A DNA stretch of 64,000 nt. Source: an uncultured Poribacteria bacterium (GTDB taxonomy: Bacteria; Poribacteria; WGA-4E; WGA-3G). The translations under genes and the position numbers were made by a program. The stretch is from NCBI GenBank assembly GCA_951813565.1, contig OX638351.1, positions 2,368,001-2,432,000 of the forward strand, in the 5' to 3' direction. The notes beneath the pieces are model-generated. The model had not been told where the DNA came from, did no database searches, and saw nothing but the letters and a program-made list of their open reading frames with translations. Below, piece after piece: positions 18,958 through 28,397 of this stretch (position 1 is the first letter of the stretch; every line of letters begins with the position of its first letter).

Positions 18958-20406
18958 CTACCACGGTGCTTGACGTTCAGGTAGCGGGTCCACCGTCCAT
19001 GCCATTCGGTGGATTAGACGCTCTTGCATTTCCAGTTTAACACCCGTGTAATCCGCATGATTCCAGAGGTTGTGTGTTTCTTGTGGGTCTGCCTCCAGAT
19101 CATAGAGTTCACCGCCATCTGTGCCGTGCGCCACAACTAACTTATACCTTTCGCTCCGCACCATTGTAGCGTTCGCAGCGGGTTCCCGATGCCATCCCAT
19201 CGCGTTGTAATACTCGCAATAGATGTCGTCGCGATGCGAATCCAAACTTTTTTCGCCTGTTAGCATTGGCAGAAGACTTTGCCCCTGCATCCCTGGGTAA
19301 CGCTCCAAATTGCTTGCTTCCAAGAGTGTTGGTGCTAAATCCACCAATTCCACGAGCGCATCCGAACGCGCTCCGTTATTCGACATCCCCGGTCCGGAGA
19401 TAATCAGCGGCACGCGGATGGCAGGTTCATAAAAATAGGGTCCTTTCAGATAGATGCCGTGGTCGCCGAGCATTTCTCCGTGGTCAGAGGTAAAAATTAC
19501 AATCGTGTTTTCTCGCTGCCCCGTTTCCTCTAAAAAGTCAAGCAGCCTCCCAATTTGCGTGTCAATGACGTCAATCATTGCCCAATATGCAGCGGTTACC
19601 CAACGGTGGTCTGATTCGTTCATTTCTTGGTACGGATAACCCGACTTTCCACCATAAGCACCACCGTTGTCAATCTGTTGCCAAATCGGTTTATTTTCAA
19701 GTTCACCTTCAACATAGTTCGGTAACGGAATATCGTCTAATATTTCGCGGTATCGTTCTAATGCTGCTAACGGAGGATCAAATGCATGGTGCGGGTCAAA
19801 CATATTTACAGAGAAAAGCCACGGTTGCTTAAACCGTTCTGCGCTGCTGATGAACGACATTGCACGTTCAATACTCCAAGTTGTCTGGCTGTGTTCCTCA
19901 GATGGAATCACGCGGACGTATTTTGAATCGGCAAACGGTGTGCTATCTCGGCGCAGCCCCTTATCTGTTAACCACTGAATATAATCGTGTGTAAACCATG
20001 CATCACTCGGATCGTGCGACCAAAAGAATTGGTCGTAGCCATCGTCAATCCGCTGTTCTGTGCCTTTGCAGAAGCGTGGATTGCACGGCGCAAGGTGAAG
20101 TTTACCTGCCAACCCATTTATGTAGCCAGCATCTTGGAGCAGTTTCGTCACAAGTACTTCATCTGGTGGAATTGCCTGTCCATTTTGCCTGCATCGTGTT
20201 GTACGCGGGTATCGTCCTGTGAGGAAACTTGCCCTGCTCGGTGTGCAGACAGGACTCTGTGAGTAAGCGTATTCAAATAGTACACCTTCTTGGGCAAGAT
20301 TGTCTAAATTCGGTGTTTGGACATAAGGGTTTCCGTAGCAACCTAAGGTGTCAAATCGTTGTTGGTCGCTACATATCCAGAGTATGTTAGGTAGGTTTTT
20401 ATGCAT
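18958..20406 (-). CDS. Sulfatase (Cys-type formylglycine)
   Basis: PNILWICSDQQR, CTPSRASFLTG, GKLH, FTSDHGEMLGDHG. Confidence 0.95.
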   Translation of the reverse strand: MHKNLPNILWICSDQQRFDTLGCYGNPYVQTPNLDNLAQEGVLFEYAYSQSPVCTPSRASFLTGRYPRTTRCRQNGQAIPPDEVLVTKLLQDAGYINGLAGKLHLAPCNPRFCKGTEQRIDDGYDQFFWSHDPSDAWFTHDYIQWLTDKGLRRDSTPFADSKYVRVIPSEEHSQTTWSIERAMSFISSAERFKQPWLFSVNMFDPHHAFDPPLAALERYREILDDIPLPNYVEGELENKPIWQQIDNGGAYGGKSGYPYQEMNESDHRWVTAAYWAMIDVIDTQIGRLLDFLEETGQRENTIVIFTSDHGEMLGDHGIYLKGPYFYEPAIRVPLIISGPGMSNNGARSDALVELVDLAPTLLEASNLERYPGMQGQSLLPMLTGEKSLDSHRDDIYCEYYNAMGWHREPAANATMVRSERYKLVVAHGTDGGELYDLEADPQETHNLWNHADYTGVKLEMQERLIHRMAWTVDPLPERQAPW

Positions 20407-22024
20407 CTACTTCTGTCTCTGTTTGTTTAGATTTTCGGTATCGGTAGAATGTCCATATACCAGAGGCAATTATGAGAACCAACAGACAGACTATGCCGAT
20501 ATTAATAATATTGCGCCAAGGATTTAGCTGCCACAAACGCTGTCCAGCTAATTTAGCAGCGGTACTCCCTTTTTCGGCTTTTAATTTTACCTGTTTCCAA
20601 TACTTTTTGACAAGGTCCGGCTGTTGATACGCTTCAGCTAATTTCGCTGTGACAACAAAATACTTAATATCTTGAACTTTGGAACGATCAACAGCATCGG
20701 CAAAAGTCGTAAACAACAAGACCGTTAAATCTTCCGACATCGGTGGGAAATCTGTCGTCAACTCAATACCATTTTGGAAGGCTGTTACTGCTTTTTGATG
20801 GTCATTCCGACTAAATTCAAGTTCTGCAATCTCAAACCATGTTTTTTTCACTAACTGTATCGATTGTTCTATCGCAGTGTAACCATCAAACGTGAAAGTT
20901 GCTGAACCGTGATAAAAATCCGCTTGTTTTGCATAGAGTGTATAATTCGTTCCTGGCGTTAGCATATTTGAGGCTTGCCAGTCTTGAAATGAATAAGTTC
21001 CATCTTCTCCTACAACTGCGACATATTCAGTTCCATCAATTGAAATTTGTGTATCAACAACGGACACATCGGAGGGACCGGTAACAGTGCCAAAAACTGA
21101 AATCGGTTTGAGTGCCCAAGCAAAATTTACGCTTTCACCTTGTGTTAACTTCAATTCAGCAGTTTTAGCCTCTGGACTATTATAGCCCACCTTTCTAACA
21201 GAGACAGTATAGGTTCCCTGCTGTAAGCCGTCTGTGAAAAGCTTAGGTGTCAATCCACTTTCTTTTTCATTTAGTAGAATTTGCGCTCCGTCTGGAAATG
21301 TAGTGACTTTAATGGCAGGGCTGAGTCTCATTACCGTTTCCTCAACATTCCCTGTGGGCGCGAAAATTGCGCGTTCAAAAGCGGTGTTTGTCTGTAGCTG
21401 TTGATATATTTCTATAATACTGATGTGTCTGTTATCATCTGCATCAATTTTTTGTTGAGACAAGGCATCAATCAGGGACTCAAGAAAGGCATTCTTACCT
21501 GCTGTAGAAGGTTGGATAACGTTTAGCGCCGCAGTACCAAGAGTTTCTCTATTCGCATAGTAAATGCCCAGATTCTCTTCGTTTGCATAACCATCAACGA
21601 TTACAAGCGTGCGATCCACACCTGTCCCTTGTAGCCATTGATTCAAAACAGAATCTTGGATAGTTTCTCCCGATTGTGTTGAAAGGTACATAGCGTTTCC
21701 TCCACGCAGTTTAGACACTTCACCATAATAAAGAAAGATAAAGGCATCTATTTTCCCGCTCCTGTTGCCGATATCAGCCAAGAATATCTGTATTTCATCT
21801 TTGGTCGCTTGGTCACCTGTAAGGTTGTGTATGTGAGCCCGAGAGACCTTTCCTTTCTCTATTAACAGTTTGTTTAAAGTGTTAAACAACGCTTGCGCAT
21901 CAGCATCAGGCGTCGTATCAACCATAAGCCAAAACGTCCCTGAATCGCTGGGTTCAGTAGAAACTGTTTCGATAATAAAAAAAGAGGTTAAAAGTATGAG
22001 GACAATAATTTTTTGTTTGGGCAT
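20399..22024 (-). CDS. Membrane-anchored PEGA-domain protein with a degenerate caspase-like N-terminal domain
   Basis: Signal peptide; ATKDEI...FIFLYYGEV...LVIVDGY...DADDNRHISIIEIY; PEGA motif VTTFPDGAQILLN..GLTP; C-terminal TM followed by basic residues. Confidence 0.7.
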   Translation of the reverse strand: MPKQKIIVLILLTSFFIIETVSTEPSDSGTFWLMVDTTPDADAQALFNTLNKLLIEKGKVSRAHIHNLTGDQATKDEIQIFLADIGNRSGKIDAFIFLYYGEVSKLRGGNAMYLSTQSGETIQDSVLNQWLQGTGVDRTLVIVDGYANEENLGIYYANRETLGTAALNVIQPSTAGKNAFLESLIDALSQQKIDADDNRHISIIEIYQQLQTNTAFERAIFAPTGNVEETVMRLSPAIKVTTFPDGAQILLNEKESGLTPKLFTDGLQQGTYTVSVRKVGYNSPEAKTAELKLTQGESVNFAWALKPISVFGTVTGPSDVSVVDTQISIDGTEYVAVVGEDGTYSFQDWQASNMLTPGTNYTLYAKQADFYHGSATFTFDGYTAIEQSIQLVKKTWFEIAELEFSRNDHQKAVTAFQNGIELTTDFPPMSEDLTVLLFTTFADAVDRSKVQDIKYFVVTAKLAEAYQQPDLVKKYWKQVKLKAEKGSTAAKLAGQRLWQLNPWRNIINIGIVCLLVLIIASGIWTFYRYRKSKQTETEVDA

Positions 22025-22114
22025 TTACTTGGACCTAACGTGAGTTTGATAAAAATAGTATTGTGTGACAGCAGGAATCCCTCTTGATAGAGTGAGCTAA
22101 GCAAAACCATTATA

Positions 22115-22143
22115 AGTATATTATAAACAGATGTTGATGTCAA
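22115..22143 (-). promoter_or_regulatory. Putative sigma70 promoter for the PEGA/sulfatase operon
   Basis: Minus strand TTGACA-N17-TATACT. Confidence 0.6.
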
Positions 22144-22257
22144 GGAACATATTATTGGTCTTTGATCCGCACCTCTTGCTAAAAACTACAACTTTTGCTA
22201 AAATACCCTATCAATAACAAAAGCGATATATCCGAATGCCTAATATCTGATAAAACA

Positions 22258-22938
22258 ATGCACAACATAGTCACCGGCACCCTTTACCTCGTCAGCACAC
22301 CGATCGGAAATTTAGAGGACATCACTCTACGCGCACTACGTATCCTCAAAGAGGTTGACCTTATTGCTGCTGAAGACACCCGACAAACACGCAGATTGTT
22401 AACACACTATGAAATCAAAACCCCACTCACAAGTTATTTTGAAGGCAACCAACAGACGAAATCCGAAAAATTGATCGCACGACTGAAAGCAGGAGAATCC
22501 GTTGCCCTTGTATCAGATGCTGGCACGCCAATAATTTCTGACCCAGGTTACCCGCTTCTACAAGAATGCATCGCTGAAGCCTTACCAATCGTGCCGATAC
22601 CAGGTCCATCGGCTATTCTTGCGGCGGCGGCTGTGTCGGGTCTACCGCTGCATAACTTTACCTTTGAAGGTTTTCTCTCACCAAAATCGGGAAAACGGAA
22701 ACGTCAATTAACACAACTTGCAGACGAAAAACGAACGTTAATTCTCTTTGAATCACCACATCGGCTCCGTCGTTTTCTCGAGGATGCTCTTGATGTGATG
22801 GGGGAACGCAACATTGTCATTGCCCGTGAATTGACCAAACGGTTTGAAGAGATTTTTCGCGGAAATATCAGCCAAGCACTGGAAAAATTCCAGTCTACTG
22901 AACCGCGCGGGGAATTTACTATTGTTATTGGAGCATAA
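22258..22938 (+). CDS. rsmI: 16S rRNA (C1402-2'-O)-methyltransferase
   Basis: LYLVSTPIGNLEDITLRA, AEDTR, SDAGTP.ISDPG, FESPHR, ARELTK, RGEF; start uncertain. Confidence 0.95.
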   Translation: MHNIVTGTLYLVSTPIGNLEDITLRALRILKEVDLIAAEDTRQTRRLLTHYEIKTPLTSYFEGNQQTKSEKLIARLKAGESVALVSDAGTPIISDPGYPLLQECIAEALPIVPIPGPSAILAAAAVSGLPLHNFTFEGFLSPKSGKRKRQLTQLADEKRTLILFESPHRLRRFLEDALDVMGERNIVIARELTKRFEEIFRGNISQALEKFQSTEPRGEFTIVIGA

Positions 22939-22940
22939 AA

Positions 22941-23882
22941 TTGTCTAACAAAAAGATCAAAAACATTGCCGTAATCGGTGCAGGATTGATGGGACACGGC
23001 ATCGCACAAGAATTCGCATGTGCGGAATACAATGTTAAACTTCATGACATTACCAAAGAAAAATTAAATAATGCCCGCGTACAGATTGGCAAAAACCTAA
23101 CACTACTCGCCGAAAACGGTGTTATTGAAAAGACAAGCATCCCTGAAACGATGCGGCGTATTCAGACCACAGCCGAACTCGCTACATCCGTGGAAACTGC
23201 TGATTTTGTCGTTGAGGCTGTATCCGAGAATCTACCCCTAAAACAGCAGATTTTTGCGGAATTAGATACTTTGTGTCAACCGCATACAATCTTGGCGAGC
23301 AACACAACAGCACTAATGCCCAGCCAGATAGGTGCAAACACGAAACGCACCGATAAGATACTTAATACGCACTATTTTAATCCACCTTACCTGATTCCGC
23401 TTGTTGAACTAATTCGCAGCCCTGATACATCCGATGAAACCGTGTTTGTGACGTTTGATCTCCTTACCTCCATTGGCAAAACACCGGCGATTATTGAAAA
23501 AGAGGCACTCGGTTTTGTAGGGCCGAGGCTACAAGCCGCACTCATTCGAGAAGCGTTTGCAATTGTAGAGCAGGGCATCGCCAGTGCTGAAACGGTTGAC
23601 CTTGTTGTACGCAACAGCTTTGGTAGGAGACTCAGTGTCGCAGGTCCATTTGAAGTCTTTGAACTTGCAGGATGGGATTTGGTGCTTGATGCCTTTGAAG
23701 AACTCTACAAAGACTTGAACAGTTCTCCGGAAATCAATCCGCTCCTCAGAAAAATGGTTGAATCCGATAAGCTCGGAGTGAAGTCAGGTGAAGGTTTTTA
23801 TCAATGGTCTGAGGAACGACAACAAGTACTTCGCGACCGAATGAGTCAGGCATTGATTCGTGCTATTCAGCAAGATGAATAA
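22941..23882 (+). CDS. 3-hydroxyacyl-CoA dehydrogenase family protein
   Basis: VIGAGLMGHGIA, VVEAVSE, ASNT, HYFNPP, LGVKSGEGFY. Confidence 0.92.
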   Translation: MSNKKIKNIAVIGAGLMGHGIAQEFACAEYNVKLHDITKEKLNNARVQIGKNLTLLAENGVIEKTSIPETMRRIQTTAELATSVETADFVVEAVSENLPLKQQIFAELDTLCQPHTILASNTTALMPSQIGANTKRTDKILNTHYFNPPYLIPLVELIRSPDTSDETVFVTFDLLTSIGKTPAIIEKEALGFVGPRLQAALIREAFAIVEQGIASAETVDLVVRNSFGRRLSVAGPFEVFELAGWDLVLDAFEELYKDLNSSPEINPLLRKMVESDKLGVKSGEGFYQWSEERQQVLRDRMSQALIRAIQQDE

Positions 23883-23968
23883 TTGGTAGAGAACTTATGG
23901 GTTAAGTAGTTGCCTCCTGTGAACAAGTTTTGCAACTCTAATCTACGACATTTCTGGACTATCAATAA

Positions 23969-24643
23969 ATGTCCAAAAAAAATCTCCGTAAAACATTCAC
24001 ATTCGTCATAGTTGGAATCGCAATTCTCTGCCTGATACTATTCTTTAGGCAGATTCAAGGATTTCTTCTTGAACTGATCGCAGCATTCCGGAACATTGAA
24101 ACAGTCCGTGAATATATCGCAGGTTACGGGCTGTTTGCTCCGCTCATTTCAGCGACTCTCATGATCTTTCAGAGTGTCATCGCGCCGTTGCCTGCATTCC
24201 TCATCACAATAGCGAACGGTGCGCTCTTCGGATTCTGGTGGGGTATGCTCCTATCTTGGAGCAGTGCTATGCTTGGTGCTGCTCTCTGCTTCTACATTGC
24301 CCGCTTTCTCGGTGCTAAACATGTTGCTCGAATCGTCAGTCAACCCGTTGTCAACAAAACCGATCAGTTCATTCAAACATACGGTAACTATGCAATCCTG
24401 ATTGCCCGCCTTATCCCGTATATCCCATTCGATGTTGTCAGCTATGCCGCAGGATTGACACGGATACAGTTCATCGGTTTCTGGCTTGCCACTGGCATCG
24501 GTCAACTTCCCGCAACCGTTGTTTATACCTACCTTGGCAACAGAATCTCTACTCACACAAATTTAATGCTATTTGGTTTCGGTATTGCGATATCCGTTTC
24601 GATTGTGTTATGGTTAGTAAAGAAGCGAAAACCTCTTGATTAA
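23969..24643 (+). CDS. TVP38/TMEM64 (DedA/VTT) membrane protein
   Basis: QSVIAPLPAF, FYIARFLG, ARLIPYIPFDVVSYAAGL. Confidence 0.9.
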   Translation: MSKKNLRKTFTFVIVGIAILCLILFFRQIQGFLLELIAAFRNIETVREYIAGYGLFAPLISATLMIFQSVIAPLPAFLITIANGALFGFWWGMLLSWSSAMLGAALCFYIARFLGAKHVARIVSQPVVNKTDQFIQTYGNYAILIARLIPYIPFDVVSYAAGLTRIQFIGFWLATGIGQLPATVVYTYLGNRISTHTNLMLFGFGIAISVSIVLWLVKKRKPLD

Positions 24644-24723
24644 CCTTAGGATAGGAATCTATCCTGCCATTTGTTTAGGCACACCAGATATAGCAAGCAC
24701 TAACACCAGTAGCCATAAACCAA

Positions 24724-24752
24724 TTGACATCAATCCCACTTTAAGGTAAATT
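24724..24752 (+). promoter_or_regulatory. Putative sigma70 promoter
   Basis: TTGACA-N17-TAAATT upstream of ATG 24798. Confidence 0.45.
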
Positions 24753-24797
24753 CTCTGCATAACAACGTATTACCCTTTTTAAAAAAGGAATATAATT

Positions 24798-25766
24798 ATG
24801 ATTCGAATAGGTGTTATTGGAGTAGGTGGCATGGGCAATGGCCATTGCAACTCACTTCCCAACGTAGAAAATTGTGAATTTGTAGGTGTAGCAGACTTAC
24901 GGATCGACGCTGCAAAAGCTGTCGCCGAAAGGCACAACATCCGTGCATTCCAAGACTATCAAGAACTCTTACCACTTGTTGACGGTGTCGTTGTGGCGAC
25001 GCCGCCTGTAGTACATACCGAAGTTGTCGTTGACGCTGCAGAAGCAGGCGTACACGCCTTTTGTGAAAAACCGCTCTCTTTAACACTTGATGAGGCGGAC
25101 AAAATGATCGAAGCATCGGACAAAGCTGGCACACATCTCATGGTCGGTCAAGTTCTCCGCTTCTATCCTGTGCACGAACTCGGTAGGAAGATGGTGGATA
25201 ACGGTGACATCGGAGATGTCGTATATATAGAAACTGATTATACTGGTCCCTATAATGCGCCACGCGGTAGACCGGATAGTTGGTACGGCACCGTTGGTGG
25301 ATTGTTAGAAAATGGCATTCATAAATCCGACCTAATCAATTGGTTCGGAGGCACCGCACTCACCGTCGCAGCGGAAGTCGGTAGCTTCTCTGGACATGAT
25401 GATTGGGAGGATTATACTGTTTCACTGATCCGTTACGATACCGGTACCGTCGGTATTCTCCGTTGGGGTGGTTTCCTCGGTGCCCGCGGCACAAATGAAA
25501 CAATCATTGACGGCACCGAAGGGTCACTACGTCTTGACATGGCAGCGGATCTTGCATATCTCAAAAAACGTGGTGGCGACTGGCAGGAAGTCGTTCCTGA
25601 CCGCTCCGGTCCGAGCCATGTCGTCGGCGAACTCACACATTTTGTCGAATGCATCCGGGACAACAAAACCCCAATGATTGATGGCAGAGGCGGCAAACAT
25701 GCCGTAGCAATTGTCTTAGCCACGTATGAATCGGCGAAAGAGAAAACGAAGGTTTCTATCGGTTAG
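24798..25766 (+). CDS. Gfo/Idh/MocA family oxidoreductase
   Basis: IGVIGVGGMG, HAFCEKPL, GGLLENGIH. Confidence 0.92.
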   Translation: MIRIGVIGVGGMGNGHCNSLPNVENCEFVGVADLRIDAAKAVAERHNIRAFQDYQELLPLVDGVVVATPPVVHTEVVVDAAEAGVHAFCEKPLSLTLDEADKMIEASDKAGTHLMVGQVLRFYPVHELGRKMVDNGDIGDVVYIETDYTGPYNAPRGRPDSWYGTVGGLLENGIHKSDLINWFGGTALTVAAEVGSFSGHDDWEDYTVSLIRYDTGTVGILRWGGFLGARGTNETIIDGTEGSLRLDMAADLAYLKKRGGDWQEVVPDRSGPSHVVGELTHFVECIRDNKTPMIDGRGGKHAVAIVLATYESAKEKTKVSIG

Positions 25767-25777
25767 TCAGCTCCTGA

Positions 25778-25810
25778 AAACTGTAGGGACGGGCATCGTC
25801 CCTACAGTTT
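25778..25810. repeat. Perfect 14-bp-arm inverted repeat (REP-derived, possible terminator)
   Basis: AAACTGTAGGGACG-GGCAT-CGTCCCTACAGTTT just after the stop codon. Confidence 0.7.
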
Positions 25811-25834
25811 GCAAGTGTCAAAAGGAAGTTTCAG

Positions 25835-27097
25835 ATGAAAAAGACACTGTTCTTTACCTTTTTAATCCTTGGTATTATTTCGTTTTATTTGATTCCGCTT
25901 CCTATTTCAGCCAGAGATGTTACGGAAACATTTCGTTGCTATGATTCTCCACAGTGGCATCTACCTGAAGGAGTGAAAGCACGCATCGGCAAAGGAAGCA
26001 TTATTAGGTTACAGTATTCTCCGGATGGTAATGTATTAGCCGTTATGAGTTCTATGGGGATTTGGCTTTACGATGCACACAGCGGTGAAGAACGTGCCCT
26101 TCTCTCAGGACATACTGGATTAATTTTAGGCATGTCATTCAGTCCAGATAGTCGCATAATTGCGAGTGGTGGAACGGACGGCACCACTCGAATGTGGGAT
26201 ATTGCTACTGGTAAACAAAAGCACACGCTCACAGTGCCAAGATTCAGAATTGGTGATGTATCGTTCAATTCAGACGGGAAAACGCTTGCAAGCGTAAGTG
26301 TTTCTGCTATGTCAAAACGTTTTATCGGTTGGGCTGACCCATATATCCAAACAATTGGAATTGCAAGTACAAGATCTGAAATTGAACTGTGGGATGTTGC
26401 CACAGGAAAACATAAGGAAACTATTGAGACCGGGGATTTGCGCTTCAACATCTTATTCAGTCCTGACGGAAAAACACTTGCGAGTGTATATGATAAAAAT
26501 ATTAGCTTATGGGATGTTACCACAGGAAAGTGCAAGCAGATACTTGGTGGTAATACGTCGCGGATTAGAAGCATGTCTTTCAGTTTAGACAGTCACACAT
26601 TTGCGAGTGGGAGCTGGCAAGAAATTCACGTATGGGACGTTGCCATAGATAAACAAAATGAAATCGTCTCTATAAGACATCCCAGGCTGACCCTCAAAGG
26701 GCATACTTCGTATGTCAATAATTTGTCTTTTAGTCCGGATGGGCAGACGCTCGCAAGTGGGAGTGAGGACAAAACTATCCGGATGTGGGATATAGCCACT
26801 GGTGAGCAACGACAAACGTTCGTCCTTCAAGATTTACCAAATCAATTTGATGCTGTTGGGGATGTCGCTTTCAGTTCGGATGGTCGTATTCTTGCTTGTA
26901 GTATGTGGAAGGGACCTATCTATTTGTGGAATGCGTTCACAGGAGAGCGAAAGAAAATACTCATAGGACATACAAAGCAGGTAGTTCACCTGTCATTCAA
27001 CTCAGACAGTCACACTTTGGCAAGTGAGAGCGAAGATGGCACAGTGCTTGTGTGGGACATTGCTTCTGTATTTAAACCTACAGATAAAACCAAATAG
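25835..27097 (+). CDS. Secreted WD40-repeat protein
   Basis: Signal peptide; repeats GHT...SFSPDG..LASGS.D.TIRMWD. Confidence 0.93.
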   Translation: MKKTLFFTFLILGIISFYLIPLPISARDVTETFRCYDSPQWHLPEGVKARIGKGSIIRLQYSPDGNVLAVMSSMGIWLYDAHSGEERALLSGHTGLILGMSFSPDSRIIASGGTDGTTRMWDIATGKQKHTLTVPRFRIGDVSFNSDGKTLASVSVSAMSKRFIGWADPYIQTIGIASTRSEIELWDVATGKHKETIETGDLRFNILFSPDGKTLASVYDKNISLWDVTTGKCKQILGGNTSRIRSMSFSLDSHTFASGSWQEIHVWDVAIDKQNEIVSIRHPRLTLKGHTSYVNNLSFSPDGQTLASGSEDKTIRMWDIATGEQRQTFVLQDLPNQFDAVGDVAFSSDGRILACSMWKGPIYLWNAFTGERKKILIGHTKQVVHLSFNSDSHTLASESEDGTVLVWDIASVFKPTDKTK

Positions 27098-27173
27098 CGA
27101 AGTTGCCCACGGCGTAAATCAACACACCAGCGACAAAGAATTCAAGACTTGGAAAATTGGACAGAGAGTATAT

Positions 27174-28264
27174 CAGGACTTACGCAGTTTTGAAAATTAT
27201 TGAAGGATTAGAGAGTTGATGTCGCATGTAATCATCCAATAAACTATCTTTGAGTCGGTAAATCGTTTGAGAGGCTTTCCGTGCAGCACGCATTAGACAG
27301 ACCCAGACCTGAAAACAACAGGCAATATGGTTTCGTTGGGCACGCAACTTACGACACTGACATTTATCAATACCTGTAACCTGTTTGATTTCACGGTGAA
27401 GTTGCTCAATCTTCCAGCGAACCCGACACTCGTTTTTGGTCGCAGTCGCATCCGATTGAGATAAATCGTTTGTCACAATATATTCCGTGCGTCCGTTTTC
27501 AGATACAATCCGGAACAACTTCACTTGATGCCCTTTCGGAAAGTTTTTGATGTGAACCCGTTTCCCCTGTTGCTTTTCTGTCTGTGTCCAAGATAAATCT
27601 TCTACATGCTGGTGTGGTTCAACACCATCCGTATCATTCACAAGTCGGTTTCGTTTCAGAGGCGCATAGTAAACCTTGGAAAGTTTCTCAATCGCTTTCA
27701 TCACTTGCATACAAACATACCAAGCATCCATCAACACGGTCCGAAACGGGAGTTGTTTTTTCAAGACAGCATTATGCAACATATCCAGTAAATGGTCTAT
27801 TTTGGTCTTACCATCATGCGATTTGTCAAAAATGCGATAATCAATGACCCAATACTCGCCAGTTTTTGGGTTGACATAGAGACACGTGACAATACCGATG
27901 CCACGAATAACTTTTTTGTCGCTACCACTCCATTGATGGTAAACAGCTTCTATCTGTTTTGAAAACTTCTTAGAGAGAACGACATCATCAAAGGCAATGT
28001 ATCCATCTTCATCAAACTCAATGTCCGGTTTTACAGATTTCCAGAGTTCGCTTGAAGGAATGTTTTCGTTCCTCAGGTATCGATTGAGTTGATCGTGGCT
28101 CCACTTCTCAGTATGGTCTGCGAAATAGGTTTGTGTGAAATTAGTGAAACTTGCTATCAGAAATTGACAATAGTTGGAATGTAAGTTTTGCTTCTTTTCA
28201 GGAAGTGTAAATGAAATCATAATCCAATAGTATAACACAATTTTTGATTATTGCGTAAGTCCTG
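27174..28264 (-). mobile_element. IS701-family insertion sequence, apparently intact
   Basis: 13-bp perfect TIRs CAGGACTTACGCA/TGCGTAAGTCCTG, 5-bp TSD TATAT, single transposase ORF. Confidence 0.9.
27180..28238 (-). CDS. DDE transposase (IS701-like)
   Basis: YCQFLI..SHD.LNRYL, AFDDVVL, VLMDAWY, RWKIEQLHREIKQ..G...CQCRK; exact start uncertain. Confidence 0.9.
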   Translation of the reverse strand: MLYYWIMISFTLPEKKQNLHSNYCQFLIASFTNFTQTYFADHTEKWSHDQLNRYLRNENIPSSELWKSVKPDIEFDEDGYIAFDDVVLSKKFSKQIEAVYHQWSGSDKKVIRGIGIVTCLYVNPKTGEYWVIDYRIFDKSHDGKTKIDHLLDMLHNAVLKKQLPFRTVLMDAWYVCMQVMKAIEKLSKVYYAPLKRNRLVNDTDGVEPHQHVEDLSWTQTEKQQGKRVHIKNFPKGHQVKLFRIVSENGRTEYIVTNDLSQSDATATKNECRVRWKIEQLHREIKQVTGIDKCQCRKLRAQRNHIACCFQVWVCLMRAARKASQTIYRLKDSLLDDYMRHQLSNPSIIFKTA

Positions 28265-28397
28265 TATATTTTATGTTATACTGACGTTACAGTTTCAACT
28301 AGGCATATATCCAACAAAAACATCTAATCTCATAATACCGGCACGCGCTAAAAAGCGATTTATGAGATAACTTCCTAAAGACAACAACGGACAAATT

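Noticed and set aside
27116..27150. Additional AATCAAC heads (also near 61899 and 17704 on the minus strand)
   Set aside because: Not followed by the 9-7-9 hairpin; at best decayed remnants.
28251..28282. Hybrid promoter from the IS701 end (TTGCGT) and TATACT
   Set aside because: The spacer is 20 bp, too long for sigma70.
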